Shown: positions 8,576-17,912 of the stretch, piece by piece
How the letters are laid out: each line of letters starts with the position of its first letter
How positions within the stretch are numbered: position 1 is the stretch's first letter
Origin: Endomicrobiales bacterium
Lineage (GTDB): Bacteria > Elusimicrobiota > Endomicrobiia > Endomicrobiales > JALOBY01
Assembly (NCBI GenBank): GCA_963796955.1
Contig: CAWCNJ010000004.1
Span: 192,001 to 256,000, forward strand
Direction of reading: 5' to 3'
DNA: 64,000 nucleotides
Notes under the pieces: generated by a model
What the model saw: the letters and a program-made list of their open reading frames with translations, nothing else
Told to the model about the DNA's origin: nothing
The model's database searches: none
Made by a program: the position numbers and the translations under genes

Positions 8576-8872
8576 TTACGACTTCTTAAAGAGTTTGTCC
8601 CATTTGGCTCGGGCGGTTGCAGCTGCATCTGCGGTGTTTTTAAGTGGCGGCGCACTTGTTTCCTTGAACTGGAATTCTTCGCAGAAATTGGCGCGTTCTT
8701 TGTTTAATACCGGTTCTATGCCGCGTTCTTTGCAATATGAGGCCGCGTGTTCGTCGAAATTTACGCAGTTGCGGCAGACGTGCAGGTCCTCGTTGCAGCG
8801 TTCACACGTTGCTCTTGTTGCGGGTTGACTTACGCCGTTCCATTCTGTGTTGCACTTCCAACAGAGTTTCAT
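8576..8872 (-). CDS. Small Cys-rich (zinc-ribbon-like) hypothetical protein
   Basis: CWKC, CERC, CRNC, C..C motifs; TATAAT 6 nt upstream of the ATG. Confidence 0.75.
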   Translation of the reverse strand: MKLCWKCNTEWNGVSQPATRATCERCNEDLHVCRNCVNFDEHAASYCKERGIEPVLNKERANFCEEFQFKETSAPPLKNTADAAATARAKWDKLFKKS

Positions 8873-8909
8873 AGAACTATTATAGCAAAATTCACAAAAG
8901 GCATAGTAT

Positions 8910-9425
8910 ATGATCCGCCGTATCCTTGTATTGGTGATCGCCGGTGTTTTAGCTGCCCTGCTTATCCGGGCTTATGTTGTTGAAGGTATTTATGTGGCGT
9001 CGGCTTCCATGGAGCCGACCCTGCCGGTGTGTGCTAATTTTTTTCTTGAAAAGATCACTATCAAGCTACATAACCCCGTGTATGGCGATATCGTTGTCTT
9101 TCCTTCACCGATAGCTGAAAACCATGATCTTATTAAACGTGTGATCGCCCTGCCGGGTGATACGATCGAGATAAAAGAGAAAGCGGTTTTCCGTAACGGT
9201 GTTCGCCTCGTTGAACCGTATGTGAAACATACCCGGCCGGGTGAGATCCTCGAGGGGGACAACCTTGGCCCGCTCGTTATTCCTAAAGGCATGATCTTTG
9301 TTATGGGTGATAACCGTGATGAATCGGGTGACAGCAGGGATTGGATAGATAAGAATACCGGCGAGCACATCTATTTTGTAGCGCTTGCAGCCATTAAGGG
9401 TAAGATTCTACAATTTCAGAACTAG
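8910..9425 (+). CDS. lepB: Signal peptidase I
   Basis: N-terminal TM, SASMEPTL, GDIVVF, LIKRVIALPGD, FVMGDNRDESGDSR. Confidence 0.93.
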   Translation: MIRRILVLVIAGVLAALLIRAYVVEGIYVASASMEPTLPVCANFFLEKITIKLHNPVYGDIVVFPSPIAENHDLIKRVIALPGDTIEIKEKAVFRNGVRLVEPYVKHTRPGEILEGDNLGPLVIPKGMIFVMGDNRDESGDSRDWIDKNTGEHIYFVALAAIKGKILQFQN

Positions 9426-10201
9426 ATCGTCTGAATGTTCTTTGTCGCGACCCAGCCTTTTAACCCTTCCGCTTTTATCGAGATCGCCGTCCAATCGCCT
9501 TGCACGCTTAACACCTCTATGCTGCGTCCTTCAGGAAGGGAAAATCCCACGGTTTCGTTCATGTCGGGGCCGTTACGCACTTCGGCGGGGCCCGCGGTAA
9601 CTACGGCGTGGCGGGTGATAATTTCGTCCTGCACTTTCAGGGCTAATATACCGGCGCCGGCGGCAAACAGGATCGCAGAAAAGAAAACCGACCACAGGGC
9701 GGCGCGATAACCGCGGAAAAGCCATATCGTCCCAAGGATCACGCAAAAATAAAGAAGTATTATAGAGGCGACCGCGGCTTCGTTCAGAGAGACAAAACCG
9801 GTCAGGATAGAGAGCATGTACTGGGCAAATCCGGGATCGGGCTCACCCGCCGTCTGCCGGATGAAAGCGGCGTTGTAACGGATATCGCTGTCCCTTGGCG
9901 CCTGCCGCAACGCCCTTTCGTATGATATCAAAGCGAGACCCGGTTTCTGGGCCCGGTAATAGCTGTTGCCCAGATCGTACAACAATGCCGCGCTCGGTGT
10001 TCCTTTCGCGGCCAGGGCCTCATACATGGCCACCGCCTGATCGAACTTCCCTTCCTTATAAAACCCTGCCGCCTGATTAAAATCTGCAAGAGGATCTGCT
10101 ATAGCCGGTTTGGTATCAGGTTGGGCATGAGAGAGTCTTACTCCAGCCGTTGCGATCATCAATAGTGCAGCCAATAGAGTGATTATTTTTTTGTTATTCA
10201 T
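9422..10201 (-). CDS. batE: BatE-like TPR + SH3 membrane protein
   Basis: TPR (YDLGNSYYR..YERAL..DIRYN), two TM helices, SH3b-like VRNGP..LPEG..GWV. Confidence 0.75.
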   Translation of the reverse strand: MNNKKIITLLAALLMIATAGVRLSHAQPDTKPAIADPLADFNQAAGFYKEGKFDQAVAMYEALAAKGTPSAALLYDLGNSYYRAQKPGLALISYERALRQAPRDSDIRYNAAFIRQTAGEPDPGFAQYMLSILTGFVSLNEAAVASIILLYFCVILGTIWLFRGYRAALWSVFFSAILFAAGAGILALKVQDEIITRHAVVTAGPAEVRNGPDMNETVGFSLPEGRSIEVLSVQGDWTAISIKAEGLKGWVATKNIQTI

Positions 10202-12039
10202 TTAAATGCCTTGTCCAGCTTGCTTAATAATTTCGCGGTTTCGTTATAGGACGCCTGCATCATTTCCGGCGTAGTTTGCGTTGGGGCAAAACGCACCAGG
10301 TCGCATTCTTCCAGAAGTTTTGCCATGGAAACGCGCAGCTCTTCCGGAATGTTTCGTCCAGCCATCGCTTCGGAAAGTGCGGCGACAGTGGCGCCTTCAG
10401 GGGAAACATTCAATTTGTGCGCGATATATTCAGTCACAGAGCGGGAAAGGGCCGCATAAAATTGCTGCACGTCTTTATTCTTCAGTTCAACTGCCGCAGA
10501 CTTAAGATATTTTTTCGCCACACCGGAAGCGCTCAGGCTGCGGGCGAAGGCGACATCTCCTCTCAGCTTGCGCTGCCACAGATAGTAGCCGAGGGTAAGT
10601 ATCCCAAATGGCAGCGGCAGCGCCGCAAGAGCGAGATACAGATTATTTAACACCAGCGGGCCGGTGCCTTCCTGCCATTTGTTCAGCGTTTTAAGAAAGC
10701 GTATGTCACGGTTCACCAGCGTTACGGACGGCATGCCGAGTGAGCTCGGGGCGGCGTTCTGGCCGGCAGGCAGAGTGCTTTGCGCCGATGATGCCGTTGT
10801 TGTGTTGCCGGGTGCCACATCAAGCGTTATCGGTTTTGTAGAGGCTGTGCGGTATGCCTTTGTTTTCGGATCGAAGAAAGTAAACGACAATGCGGGTATT
10901 ATTTTCTTGCCGGGGGATAACGGCGAAAGCACTGATTTAAATACCTTTGAACCGCGCGCAGAGCCTGAGGTTACGGAATAATCGGCATTCGCCGTCGTAT
11001 CGTATTTCTTTATGTCCTGCCAGTTCGGCAGCACCGGCTCGGGGATGGTTTTTATATTGCCTTCTCCTGAAACTGTAAAGCTGAGCGTTATGGCGTCATT
11101 AACCTTTGTTTTGTTCTTATCGGTAACGGCGGAGACGGTATAATCGCCGACGGCCCCGTTGAAGTCAGCCGGTTTGCCGTCCGTCGGCAGGGCATGCACA
11201 TTTATTGTGATCGGCAGCGTTTTTAACGTAACGGTTTTGCCGCCGAACGCGTTCGCGAAAAAATCGTCCGAGAACGGGTCGCCGTTCAGCGACATCGCCT
11301 GTACCTGTATCAGCGCGGGGTCTATAGTTATAAGGCCGGCCTTAGTGGGGAACAGCAACACCTTCAGCTCGCTTACCGCGTAAGAAGTGCCGTTAACGGT
11401 AGTCTGGCCGTTAGTAGGTTTAAATTCTTCCATCCAAAAACCCTCGAAGGACGGCTTCTGGAACGCAGGATTGCTGGTAAGGCGCGCGCGGTAATAAAAC
11501 CGGAAGGTGTAGGTAAGCTGCTCGTTAACAAAACAGCTCTTTTTATCAACGTTAGCTTCAACGAAGATCTCTTTGTTCTGGGTGCTTTGCTGCGCGTTCT
11601 GCGTGCGCCTGTGGTTGTTAGAGTACTGTTGCTGCTGCCCGCCCGCCGCTGGCGCATTGCCGGCAGTCACTTTTATTCCTATGGGCTGTGTTTGCCAGGT
11701 CTTACCGCTGTCTTCCACAACGATCGGCGGAATAGTAAAGCTGCCCACGGCATTCGGCGTAAGCATATAATTGAATGTAATAGAGCCGGACATGTGCCCG
11801 TTAACCACGGATATGCTCTGTGACCTGCCCGATCCTGTAATAGTAAAATTGGAAAGTGCCGGGATTTTTGGTTCAGGAATAGAAACCGTATCGCCGCTAA
11901 CCTGCACCTGCAACACCGCCTGCTCATTCCTGCCAATAACAGTCCGGTCAAGCGAGGCCTCAATAGAGAGGTTTGCTGCTTGGACAACACTGACAACGGA
12001 TATTAAGAGGAGAACGGATAAATGAATTTTTGTCTTCAT
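10198..12039 (-). CDS. batD: BatD-family (oxygen tolerance) protein
   Basis: Signal peptide, SQSISVVNG, GSFTIPP, FNGAVG, GEGNI, late TM, CDLVRFAP; Bat operon context. Confidence 0.85.
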   Translation of the reverse strand: MKTKIHLSVLLLISVVSVVQAANLSIEASLDRTVIGRNEQAVLQVQVSGDTVSIPEPKIPALSNFTITGSGRSQSISVVNGHMSGSITFNYMLTPNAVGSFTIPPIVVEDSGKTWQTQPIGIKVTAGNAPAAGGQQQQYSNNHRRTQNAQQSTQNKEIFVEANVDKKSCFVNEQLTYTFRFYYRARLTSNPAFQKPSFEGFWMEEFKPTNGQTTVNGTSYAVSELKVLLFPTKAGLITIDPALIQVQAMSLNGDPFSDDFFANAFGGKTVTLKTLPITINVHALPTDGKPADFNGAVGDYTVSAVTDKNKTKVNDAITLSFTVSGEGNIKTIPEPVLPNWQDIKKYDTTANADYSVTSGSARGSKVFKSVLSPLSPGKKIIPALSFTFFDPKTKAYRTASTKPITLDVAPGNTTTASSAQSTLPAGQNAAPSSLGMPSVTLVNRDIRFLKTLNKWQEGTGPLVLNNLYLALAALPLPFGILTLGYYLWQRKLRGDVAFARSLSASGVAKKYLKSAAVELKNKDVQQFYAALSRSVTEYIAHKLNVSPEGATVAALSEAMAGRNIPEELRVSMAKLLEECDLVRFAPTQTTPEMMQASYNETAKLLSKLDKAFK

Positions 12040-12093
12040 AAAATGGGCTCGCACCCAAGCATCGTCAAACTCGAGGCTGTGTTGTTGTAAATG

Positions 12094-12747
12094 CTACCAA
12101 TCCTCTTCAGTCTTAGGCATCGGAGGCTGAGCAGCCCTCTTTTTCTTCAGAGAATTCTTATCCGCGTCATCAAAAGACTGCAAAATTCGCTTTGCATCTT
12201 CCTTGCTCATGCCGCCTTTTTTTTGGTCTTGCTGTTCTTCGTTTTTGTCTTTGTTCTGCTGTTTCTTATCCTGATCTTTCTTCTTGTCTTTCTGGTTCTT
12301 TTTTTGCGGCTGATTTTTTGCTTTTGAGATATATTCAAGATTGTATTTAGCGTCTTCGTCTTTAGGGTTAAGCTTCAAGGCTTTTTTATAGTAGTCCGCG
12401 GCCTCATCATTCTTCTGATTCTTAAAGGCGCTGTTGCCCAGATTGTAATATGCCCTTGAACGTACTATCGGGTTTTTGCTGCTAAGAGCTTTGTTGAACT
12501 CGCTCTGCGCGTCTTCAAGGCTGTTCGTTTTATAAAGCGCATCCCCAAGGTTGAAGTGCACTACGGAGTTGTTGGGGTTTGACATTTCGGCGTCGCGGTA
12601 TTTTTTAAGCGCACCGTCGTAATCGCTTTGTTTGTACAGTTTATTGCCGTCGTTTATGCTGCCGCCGGCACCGGCGAATGCGGGCGACGCAGCAGCAATA
12701 AACAATGATATCATTAAAAGACTTGGTTTTAAAAGTTTAAATTTCAT
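12094..12747 (-). CDS. batC: BatC-like TPR protein
   Basis: GNKLYK..FNLGDALYK..YYNLGN..AKYNLE; Q/K/D-rich tail ending EEDW. Confidence 0.8.
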   Translation of the reverse strand: MKFKLLKPSLLMISLFIAAASPAFAGAGGSINDGNKLYKQSDYDGALKKYRDAEMSNPNNSVVHFNLGDALYKTNSLEDAQSEFNKALSSKNPIVRSRAYYNLGNSAFKNQKNDEAADYYKKALKLNPKDEDAKYNLEYISKAKNQPQKKNQKDKKKDQDKKQQNKDKNEEQQDQKKGGMSKEDAKRILQSFDDADKNSLKKKRAAQPPMPKTEEDW

Positions 12748-13741
12748 TTTTCTTCGTTTCCGGTATCATAAATTCCACCAGCAACAGCAGCAGGCCGAAG
12801 AACAGGAAATACTGATAACGGTCTTCCAGCTGGCGGTTCATTTTTGATGAGCGTTTAGAATGCTCCAGGGCGCCAAGGTCGCTGAGCAGACGGCTGTTGT
12901 CAATATTGCCGTCGATAGCGCGGAAATATTCGCCGCCGGTACTTGAGGCCATCTTAAGCAGCAGGCTTTCGTCCATCTTGGACATTACGACCGTTCCCTT
13001 CTTATCTTTTTTGTAGCCCGCGAATTTTCCTGATTCATCCGTGAGTGGTATCGGTTCGCCCTGCGGATTGCCAAAACCGATCGTATAGATCTTTATGCCC
13101 TGGCTGGCGGCGGTCGCCGCGGCGCCTTCGGGGTCAGAATGATGATCTTCACCGTCTGTCAGCAAAACTATCGCTTTTGATTTCGGCGCCGTTTTTTCAA
13201 GCCCTTTGGTAGCCAGGTTTATTGCGCTGCCAATGGATGTGCCTGGCATCGGTATAAGGTTCGCATCCATTATCTGCAAGAAAAGTATAGCCCCCGAGGT
13301 GTCCAGCGTTAAGGGGCACTGCCAGAACGATGTGCCCGCGAAGGCAATAATGCCTATGCGGTTGCCCTGCAATTGCTGCACCAGCTGGGAAAGCAGCATC
13401 TTCGCTTTTTCAATACGCGAAGGTTTTGTGTCCTGAGCCAGCATGCTGGTGGATACATCTACGCAGATAACGATATCGGAAGTGTTCTGTGTTACCTCTA
13501 CAAGCTTAGTGCCGAACTGCGGGCGTGCGAGCGCCAGTATGCAAAAGAAAAGCGCTGCGGAAAGAAGGATAAAACGAACAAGCCTCAGGCGCGGGTTCGT
13601 GTTAGAAAGTCTGCGCACCAGGGGTAGCTCGCCCCAGACAGCCAGCGACTTGTTCGTTGACCCTATAATATAAATGTAGAGAAATCCCAGTAAAGGTATT
13701 GTTATCAGCAAAAATAATGCCATCGGGTTCGCGAAATCCAT
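12737..13741 (-). CDS. batB: BatB VWA-domain protein
   Basis: ALARPQFG, DVSTSMLAQDTKPSR, FAG..PLT.D, LLTDGEDH. Confidence 0.88.
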   Translation of the reverse strand: MDFANPMALFLLITIPLLGFLYIYIIGSTNKSLAVWGELPLVRRLSNTNPRLRLVRFILLSAALFFCILALARPQFGTKLVEVTQNTSDIVICVDVSTSMLAQDTKPSRIEKAKMLLSQLVQQLQGNRIGIIAFAGTSFWQCPLTLDTSGAILFLQIMDANLIPMPGTSIGSAINLATKGLEKTAPKSKAIVLLTDGEDHHSDPEGAAATAASQGIKIYTIGFGNPQGEPIPLTDESGKFAGYKKDKKGTVVMSKMDESLLLKMASSTGGEYFRAIDGNIDNSRLLSDLGALEHSKRSSKMNRQLEDRYQYFLFFGLLLLLVEFMIPETKKNEI

Positions 13742-13742
13742 G

Positions 13743-14729
13743 TTACGGTAAGGTCCTCAGCCAGGTGTAGCGTAGCGCAAGTTCCAGCGCCAGCAGTATA
13801 GCTGCAAGAAATAGATATATGTGGAACTTTTCGGTATAACTTGTATGCTTCAGAGCTTTGATATCCGTTTTTTCCAGGCTGTCTATCTGGTGGAAAATGT
13901 CCTGCAGGGAACGGGTGTCCGTGGCGCGGAAATAGCGGCCGTTCGTAGTTTCGGCGATCTTCGCGAGCATATCTTCGTCAAGGTCGTTGTCCGGCAGCCG
14001 CACCAGCTGCCTGCCGAAGGGGGTGTCCACCGGGTAAAGCGCGCCGCCGGGCGCGCCGCAGCCGATAGTGTAGATCTTAATGTCCAATGCGGCGGCGGCC
14101 TGCGCGGCGGTCATCGGGTCTATCTCGCCGCGGTTGTTGCGGCCGTCGGTAAGCAGTATCATCACCTTGCTCTTGCCGGGTGTGTTCTTTATGCGGTTAG
14201 TTGCTGTGGCAATGGCGGAACCTATCGCCGTGCCGTCCACCTCCGTCATATCAACTTCCGCCTGGTCCAGAAAATTAAGCAGGGCTTCGTGGTCTATCGT
14301 CAAGGGGCACTGGGTATAGGCCATTCCGCCGAAAACAACTATACCGATACGGTCGTGGCTGCGGGAATTAACGAATTCTTTTGCCACATCCCGTGCTGCC
14401 TCAAAACGGTTCTTCGGCTGAAAATCCAGCGCCTTCATGCTGGAAGAGGTGTCCAGTATCATCATGATGTCTATGCCGCTGTTAGATATCTCCTCGGTAT
14501 TCTTGCCGACCTGCGGGCGGGCCATCGCGATGATCAGCAGTGCCAGCACGCCATACCTCAGATAGTCGGGCACATTGCGCAACCTGGCGCGCAGCGACGG
14601 AGCTATGCTCTCCAGTGGTTTGGTGTTTGAAAATACCATGCGCGCCTTTGCCAGATACTTCCACCGGTACCAGAAGATCAGCGGCAGGGCCAGCAATAGA
14701 TATAGGAAATTAGGGTTTGCGAAATGCAT
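13743..14729 (-). CDS. batA: BatA VWA-domain protein
   Basis: MHFANP, AMARPQ, DTSSSM..D..NR, GTAIG, LLTDGRNN, GRYFRA, IDSLEK. Confidence 0.9.
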   Translation of the reverse strand: MHFANPNFLYLLLALPLIFWYRWKYLAKARMVFSNTKPLESIAPSLRARLRNVPDYLRYGVLALLIIAMARPQVGKNTEEISNSGIDIMMILDTSSSMKALDFQPKNRFEAARDVAKEFVNSRSHDRIGIVVFGGMAYTQCPLTIDHEALLNFLDQAEVDMTEVDGTAIGSAIATATNRIKNTPGKSKVMILLTDGRNNRGEIDPMTAAQAAAALDIKIYTIGCGAPGGALYPVDTPFGRQLVRLPDNDLDEDMLAKIAETTNGRYFRATDTRSLQDIFHQIDSLEKTDIKALKHTSYTEKFHIYLFLAAILLALELALRYTWLRTLP

Positions 14730-14730
14730 G

Positions 14731-15651
14731 TTAGATACCGGTGCTTTCAAATATAAGATTCACTATCGTTCTGGCGCGTGCCAGCTCCGCGCTGCATTCG
14801 GCGGCTTCCGGGCGATATTTGGCGAATTTTACCAGATCGCAGTTATCAAATAATTCTCTTACGGGCATCGTAATTTTAAGTTCTTTAACGGCACCTCTTA
14901 GCTGGGAAAAGATCTCACTGGTGGTCCTGTCCAGCGTTTCTATGTTGTAAACAGTGCCCAGATAGGTGCGCACGATATCAGACAACGCACTATAGTATTC
15001 CTTGATACGTCCTTCGCCGACCGGGCCTGAATTCTCAAGTTGTGCAAGTTCCTCAAGCGCCACCTCATGAGGCGGCCGTGCGGGAACCGCGGGTTCCGTG
15101 GTGCCTCCGGCGGCAGCAAGACGTCTTTGGCGGAGATAGAACCATATGCCGGCTATCGCCAGAACTAGAATTAAAATTATGAACGGCCACAGGTTTATCA
15201 GCGCCAGCGGCGGCTTGATATCGCGGATATCTCCCTGATCGCCGTATTTATCCAGCACGCTCTCTACGGGTATTGTCGTCGAGCTTGTCGAAATATTTGA
15301 AACAGCGCCGGTTGAGCTGGTAAAGCTATACGCCAGCTCCGGCACCACAATGGCGCCGGTGGAAAACGCAATGAGAGAGTAGGTGATATCCTGAGAAGTG
15401 TTACCTGATTTTGTTTGCGCCGACGCTACTTTCATGTCGGCGACCGACCATTGGCCGATCTCCACAGGTTTTTCCGGGGGTGTCAGTTTTGAGCCGGCAG
15501 GGTACGTGAGCGTTACAGTATAATGGATGGGGTCGCCGACGGTAATGACTTTTTTCTCGGCGGAAGCGCTGACCGTTATATCTGATGCGACGGCGAGAGA
15601 TAGGGATAGTATTAACGCTACTATGGCCAACAATGATCGTTTCATGGTCAT
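14731..15651 (-). CDS. Bat-operon membrane protein (BatD-like Ig domain, TM, helical C-terminus)
   Basis: Signal peptide, IRDIKPP, TM, RPPHEVAL, DLVKFAKY. Confidence 0.75.
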   Translation of the reverse strand: MTMKRSLLAIVALILSLSLAVASDITVSASAEKKVITVGDPIHYTVTLTYPAGSKLTPPEKPVEIGQWSVADMKVASAQTKSGNTSQDITYSLIAFSTGAIVVPELAYSFTSSTGAVSNISTSSTTIPVESVLDKYGDQGDIRDIKPPLALINLWPFIILILVLAIAGIWFYLRQRRLAAAGGTTEPAVPARPPHEVALEELAQLENSGPVGEGRIKEYYSALSDIVRTYLGTVYNIETLDRTTSEIFSQLRGAVKELKITMPVRELFDNCDLVKFAKYRPEAAECSAELARARTIVNLIFESTGI

Positions 15652-16529
15652 CTGCTCTGTCTTTTCTCGCGCTTTCTGAAAAATTTAACCAGCGGCATTA
15701 TGTAGGGTACGTTCGTGGCAAGGGGTATCATGTCCACGCGCGCGCGACTTATCAGGGCGCTGGTCTCTTCGTCTTGAAGACGCCGTAACTCTATATATCG
15801 ATCGGTAACGCGCCGGTCTGAAGTGTCAACGCATACCGTCGTGCCCCGTTCGTTATCGTAAAGGTCTATCAATCCCACGGGCGGCAAGGTTTTTTCCCTG
15901 GGATCGTCTATTTTCACAGCTATAAGATCGTGGCGTTTACCGGTAACACGCAGCGCTTTTTCATATCCCTGGCCGTCAAAATCCGAAAGCACGAAGACCA
16001 CGGCTTTGCGACGCCATATCTCGTTAAGGTATTGCAGTGCCATCTCCAGGTTCGTTGCGGTCCCTTCGGGTTTAAAGAAGAGTATCTCCCGCACAAGGCG
16101 CATAATATGGTTGCGGCCTTTTTTGGGAAGCACAACTTTTTCTATACGGTCGGTGAACATTACCATGCCAACCCGGTCGTTGTTCTTGATAGCAGAAAGT
16201 GCGAGGATGGAGGCGATCTCGGCCGCAAGTTCGGCCTTAAATTTATTCTTCGTGCCAAAGCGCAGGCTGGCAGAGGCGTCCACCAGCAGTATCACCGTCA
16301 TCTCACGCTCTTCAGTAAAGCGTTTTACAAAAGGATGGCCGTATCGGGCGGTCACGTTCCAGTCAATAGTGCGTATATCGTCGCCGGGAGTGTATTCGCG
16401 CACCTCGGCAAATTCCATACCGCGGCCCTTAAAGACGCTCGAATACTGCCCGGCAAACATTTCGTTAACCAGTTTGCCGGAACGTATTTCTATACGGCGT
16501 ATTTGTTTGAGAATTTCTTTTGGAATCAT
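15648..16529 (-). CDS. DUF58 domain protein (MoxR partner)
   Basis: GQYSSVFKGRGMEFAEVREYTPGDDIRTIDWNVTAR..EEREM; start MIPKEILKQIRRIEI. Confidence 0.92.
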   Translation of the reverse strand: MIPKEILKQIRRIEIRSGKLVNEMFAGQYSSVFKGRGMEFAEVREYTPGDDIRTIDWNVTARYGHPFVKRFTEEREMTVILLVDASASLRFGTKNKFKAELAAEIASILALSAIKNNDRVGMVMFTDRIEKVVLPKKGRNHIMRLVREILFFKPEGTATNLEMALQYLNEIWRRKAVVFVLSDFDGQGYEKALRVTGKRHDLIAVKIDDPREKTLPPVGLIDLYDNERGTTVCVDTSDRRVTDRYIELRRLQDEETSALISRARVDMIPLATNVPYIMPLVKFFRKREKRQSR

Positions 16530-16539
16530 ATTACTTAAA

Positions 16540-16716
16540 TCCCCGTGATGGCGGTTGTCACAGGGGAATCGGGCTTCCCCTCCGGGGACTTGGTCGCTGT
16601 CGTGCCTATGCGGCACGCCATGACGCTCGGTCGCCGCCCATCCGAATATCCAGTTTCGCTGGCCAAACAATGCAATTTCTTCACCCGACACCCCTGCGCC
16701 AACCTTGGTTTGGGTG
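16540..16716. repeat. GC-rich multi-hairpin intergenic element between moxR and DUF58
   Basis: Hairpins CCCCGTGA..TCACAGGGG, TCCCC-TCC-GGGGA and CGTGCC-TATGC-GGCACG in a ~190-nt gap of a compact operon. Confidence 0.4.
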
Positions 16717-17706
16717 TTAGGGAACTGGAACGCCGTCAAAAACCTGTTTGACAATATCGTCACTCGTCATATCTTCGGCTTCAGCTTCATACGTCATGAT
16801 AACTCTGTGTCGAAGAACGTCCGGGCCTATTGTCTTTACATCTTCCGGTGTTACGTAACCCCTGCCTTGCAGGAATGCATACGCTTTGGCTGCCTGCGCA
16901 AGATAGATCGTTGCTCTTGGCGAACCTCCGTAAGCTATTAACGGTTTCAGGTTCTCAAGGCCGAAGGAGGCCGGCTCGCGTGTCGCGAAAACTATGTCTA
17001 CGATGTAATTCTTAACTTTATCATCAGTATATATCTTGGCAACGGTGTGGCGAGCTCTCTTGATATCTTCAGGGCCGATAACAGGACTTACTTTGAGCAT
17101 GTCATCAGAGGTCATGCGCTCCAATATCATTTTTTCTTCATCGCGCTTCGGATACGTTATCTTCAGCTTCATCATAAAGCGGTCAACCTGCGCTTCAGGC
17201 AGCGGATATGTTCCTTCCTGCTCTATGGGGTTTTGCGTCGCCAGCACCAGGAATGGTTCTTCCAGAGGATACGTTGTATCGCCAATCGTTACCTGACGCT
17301 CCTGCATAGCTTCCAGCAGGGCGCTTTGCACTTTAGCCGGAGCACGGTTAATTTCGTCGGCAAGTATTATATTGCTGAAGACGGGCCCTTTTTTTACGGA
17401 GAATGAAGCCGAGGCCGGGTTATAAACCAGCGTACCCACAAGGTCCGCCGGCAAAAGGTCGGGGGTGAACTGTATGCGCTGGAATTTGGTTTTCATCGCC
17501 GATGCAAGCGTCTTAACCGCCAGCGTTTTTGCAAGGCCGGGCACGCCTTCCAGCAGTATGTGTCCGTTCGCCAGAATGCTTATCACCATGCGCTCCAGCA
17601 AATACTGCTGGCCCACGATCACCTTGCTCATCTCGTTCATCAGCTGAGCGGTGAAAACACTTTCCTGTTTTACCAGCTCGTTTATCTCTTTAATGTCCAT
17701 CGCCAT
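16717..17706 (-). CDS. moxR: MoxR-family AAA+ ATPase
   Basis: GHILLEGVPGLAKT, RIQFTPDLLPAD, LADEINRAPAKVQSALLEAMQE, ATQNPIEQEGTYPLPEAQVDRF. Confidence 0.95.
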   Translation of the reverse strand: MAMDIKEINELVKQESVFTAQLMNEMSKVIVGQQYLLERMVISILANGHILLEGVPGLAKTLAVKTLASAMKTKFQRIQFTPDLLPADLVGTLVYNPASASFSVKKGPVFSNIILADEINRAPAKVQSALLEAMQERQVTIGDTTYPLEEPFLVLATQNPIEQEGTYPLPEAQVDRFMMKLKITYPKRDEEKMILERMTSDDMLKVSPVIGPEDIKRARHTVAKIYTDDKVKNYIVDIVFATREPASFGLENLKPLIAYGGSPRATIYLAQAAKAYAFLQGRGYVTPEDVKTIGPDVLRHRVIMTYEAEAEDMTSDDIVKQVFDGVPVP

Positions 17707-17746
17707 ACCGTCCCTCCGGTTTTTACTTATATGCATTCTGTGCTTT

Positions 17747-17872
17747 CGGTTGGGCATCCGGTTTTTCGGCGAGTATTTTCAGAGTGTGTCGCTTCTCGAG
17801 GCCCTCGTCATGAAACGCAGTTTCAGAGGGCCGTTCTGAAAATATCGAGCCGGAAAACAGCATGCTCAACCG
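17747..17872. repeat. ~125-nt long imperfect hairpin upstream of moxR
   Basis: CGGTTGGGCAT/ATGCTCAACCG, GTTTTTCGGC/GCCGGAAAAC, TATTTTCAGA/TCTGAAAATA, and inner GCCCTC/GAGGGC and TGAAAC/GTTTCA pairings. Confidence 0.55.
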
Positions 17873-17912
17873 TTATACTATAATTTAAGACAAAAGTTTT
17901 TAAAAAAAAGTT

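Noticed and set aside
16530..16763. 78-aa N-terminal extension of the DUF58 ORF
   Set aside because: It overlaps the moxR end and runs through hairpin-rich DNA; the family-typical start is MIPKEIL at 16529.
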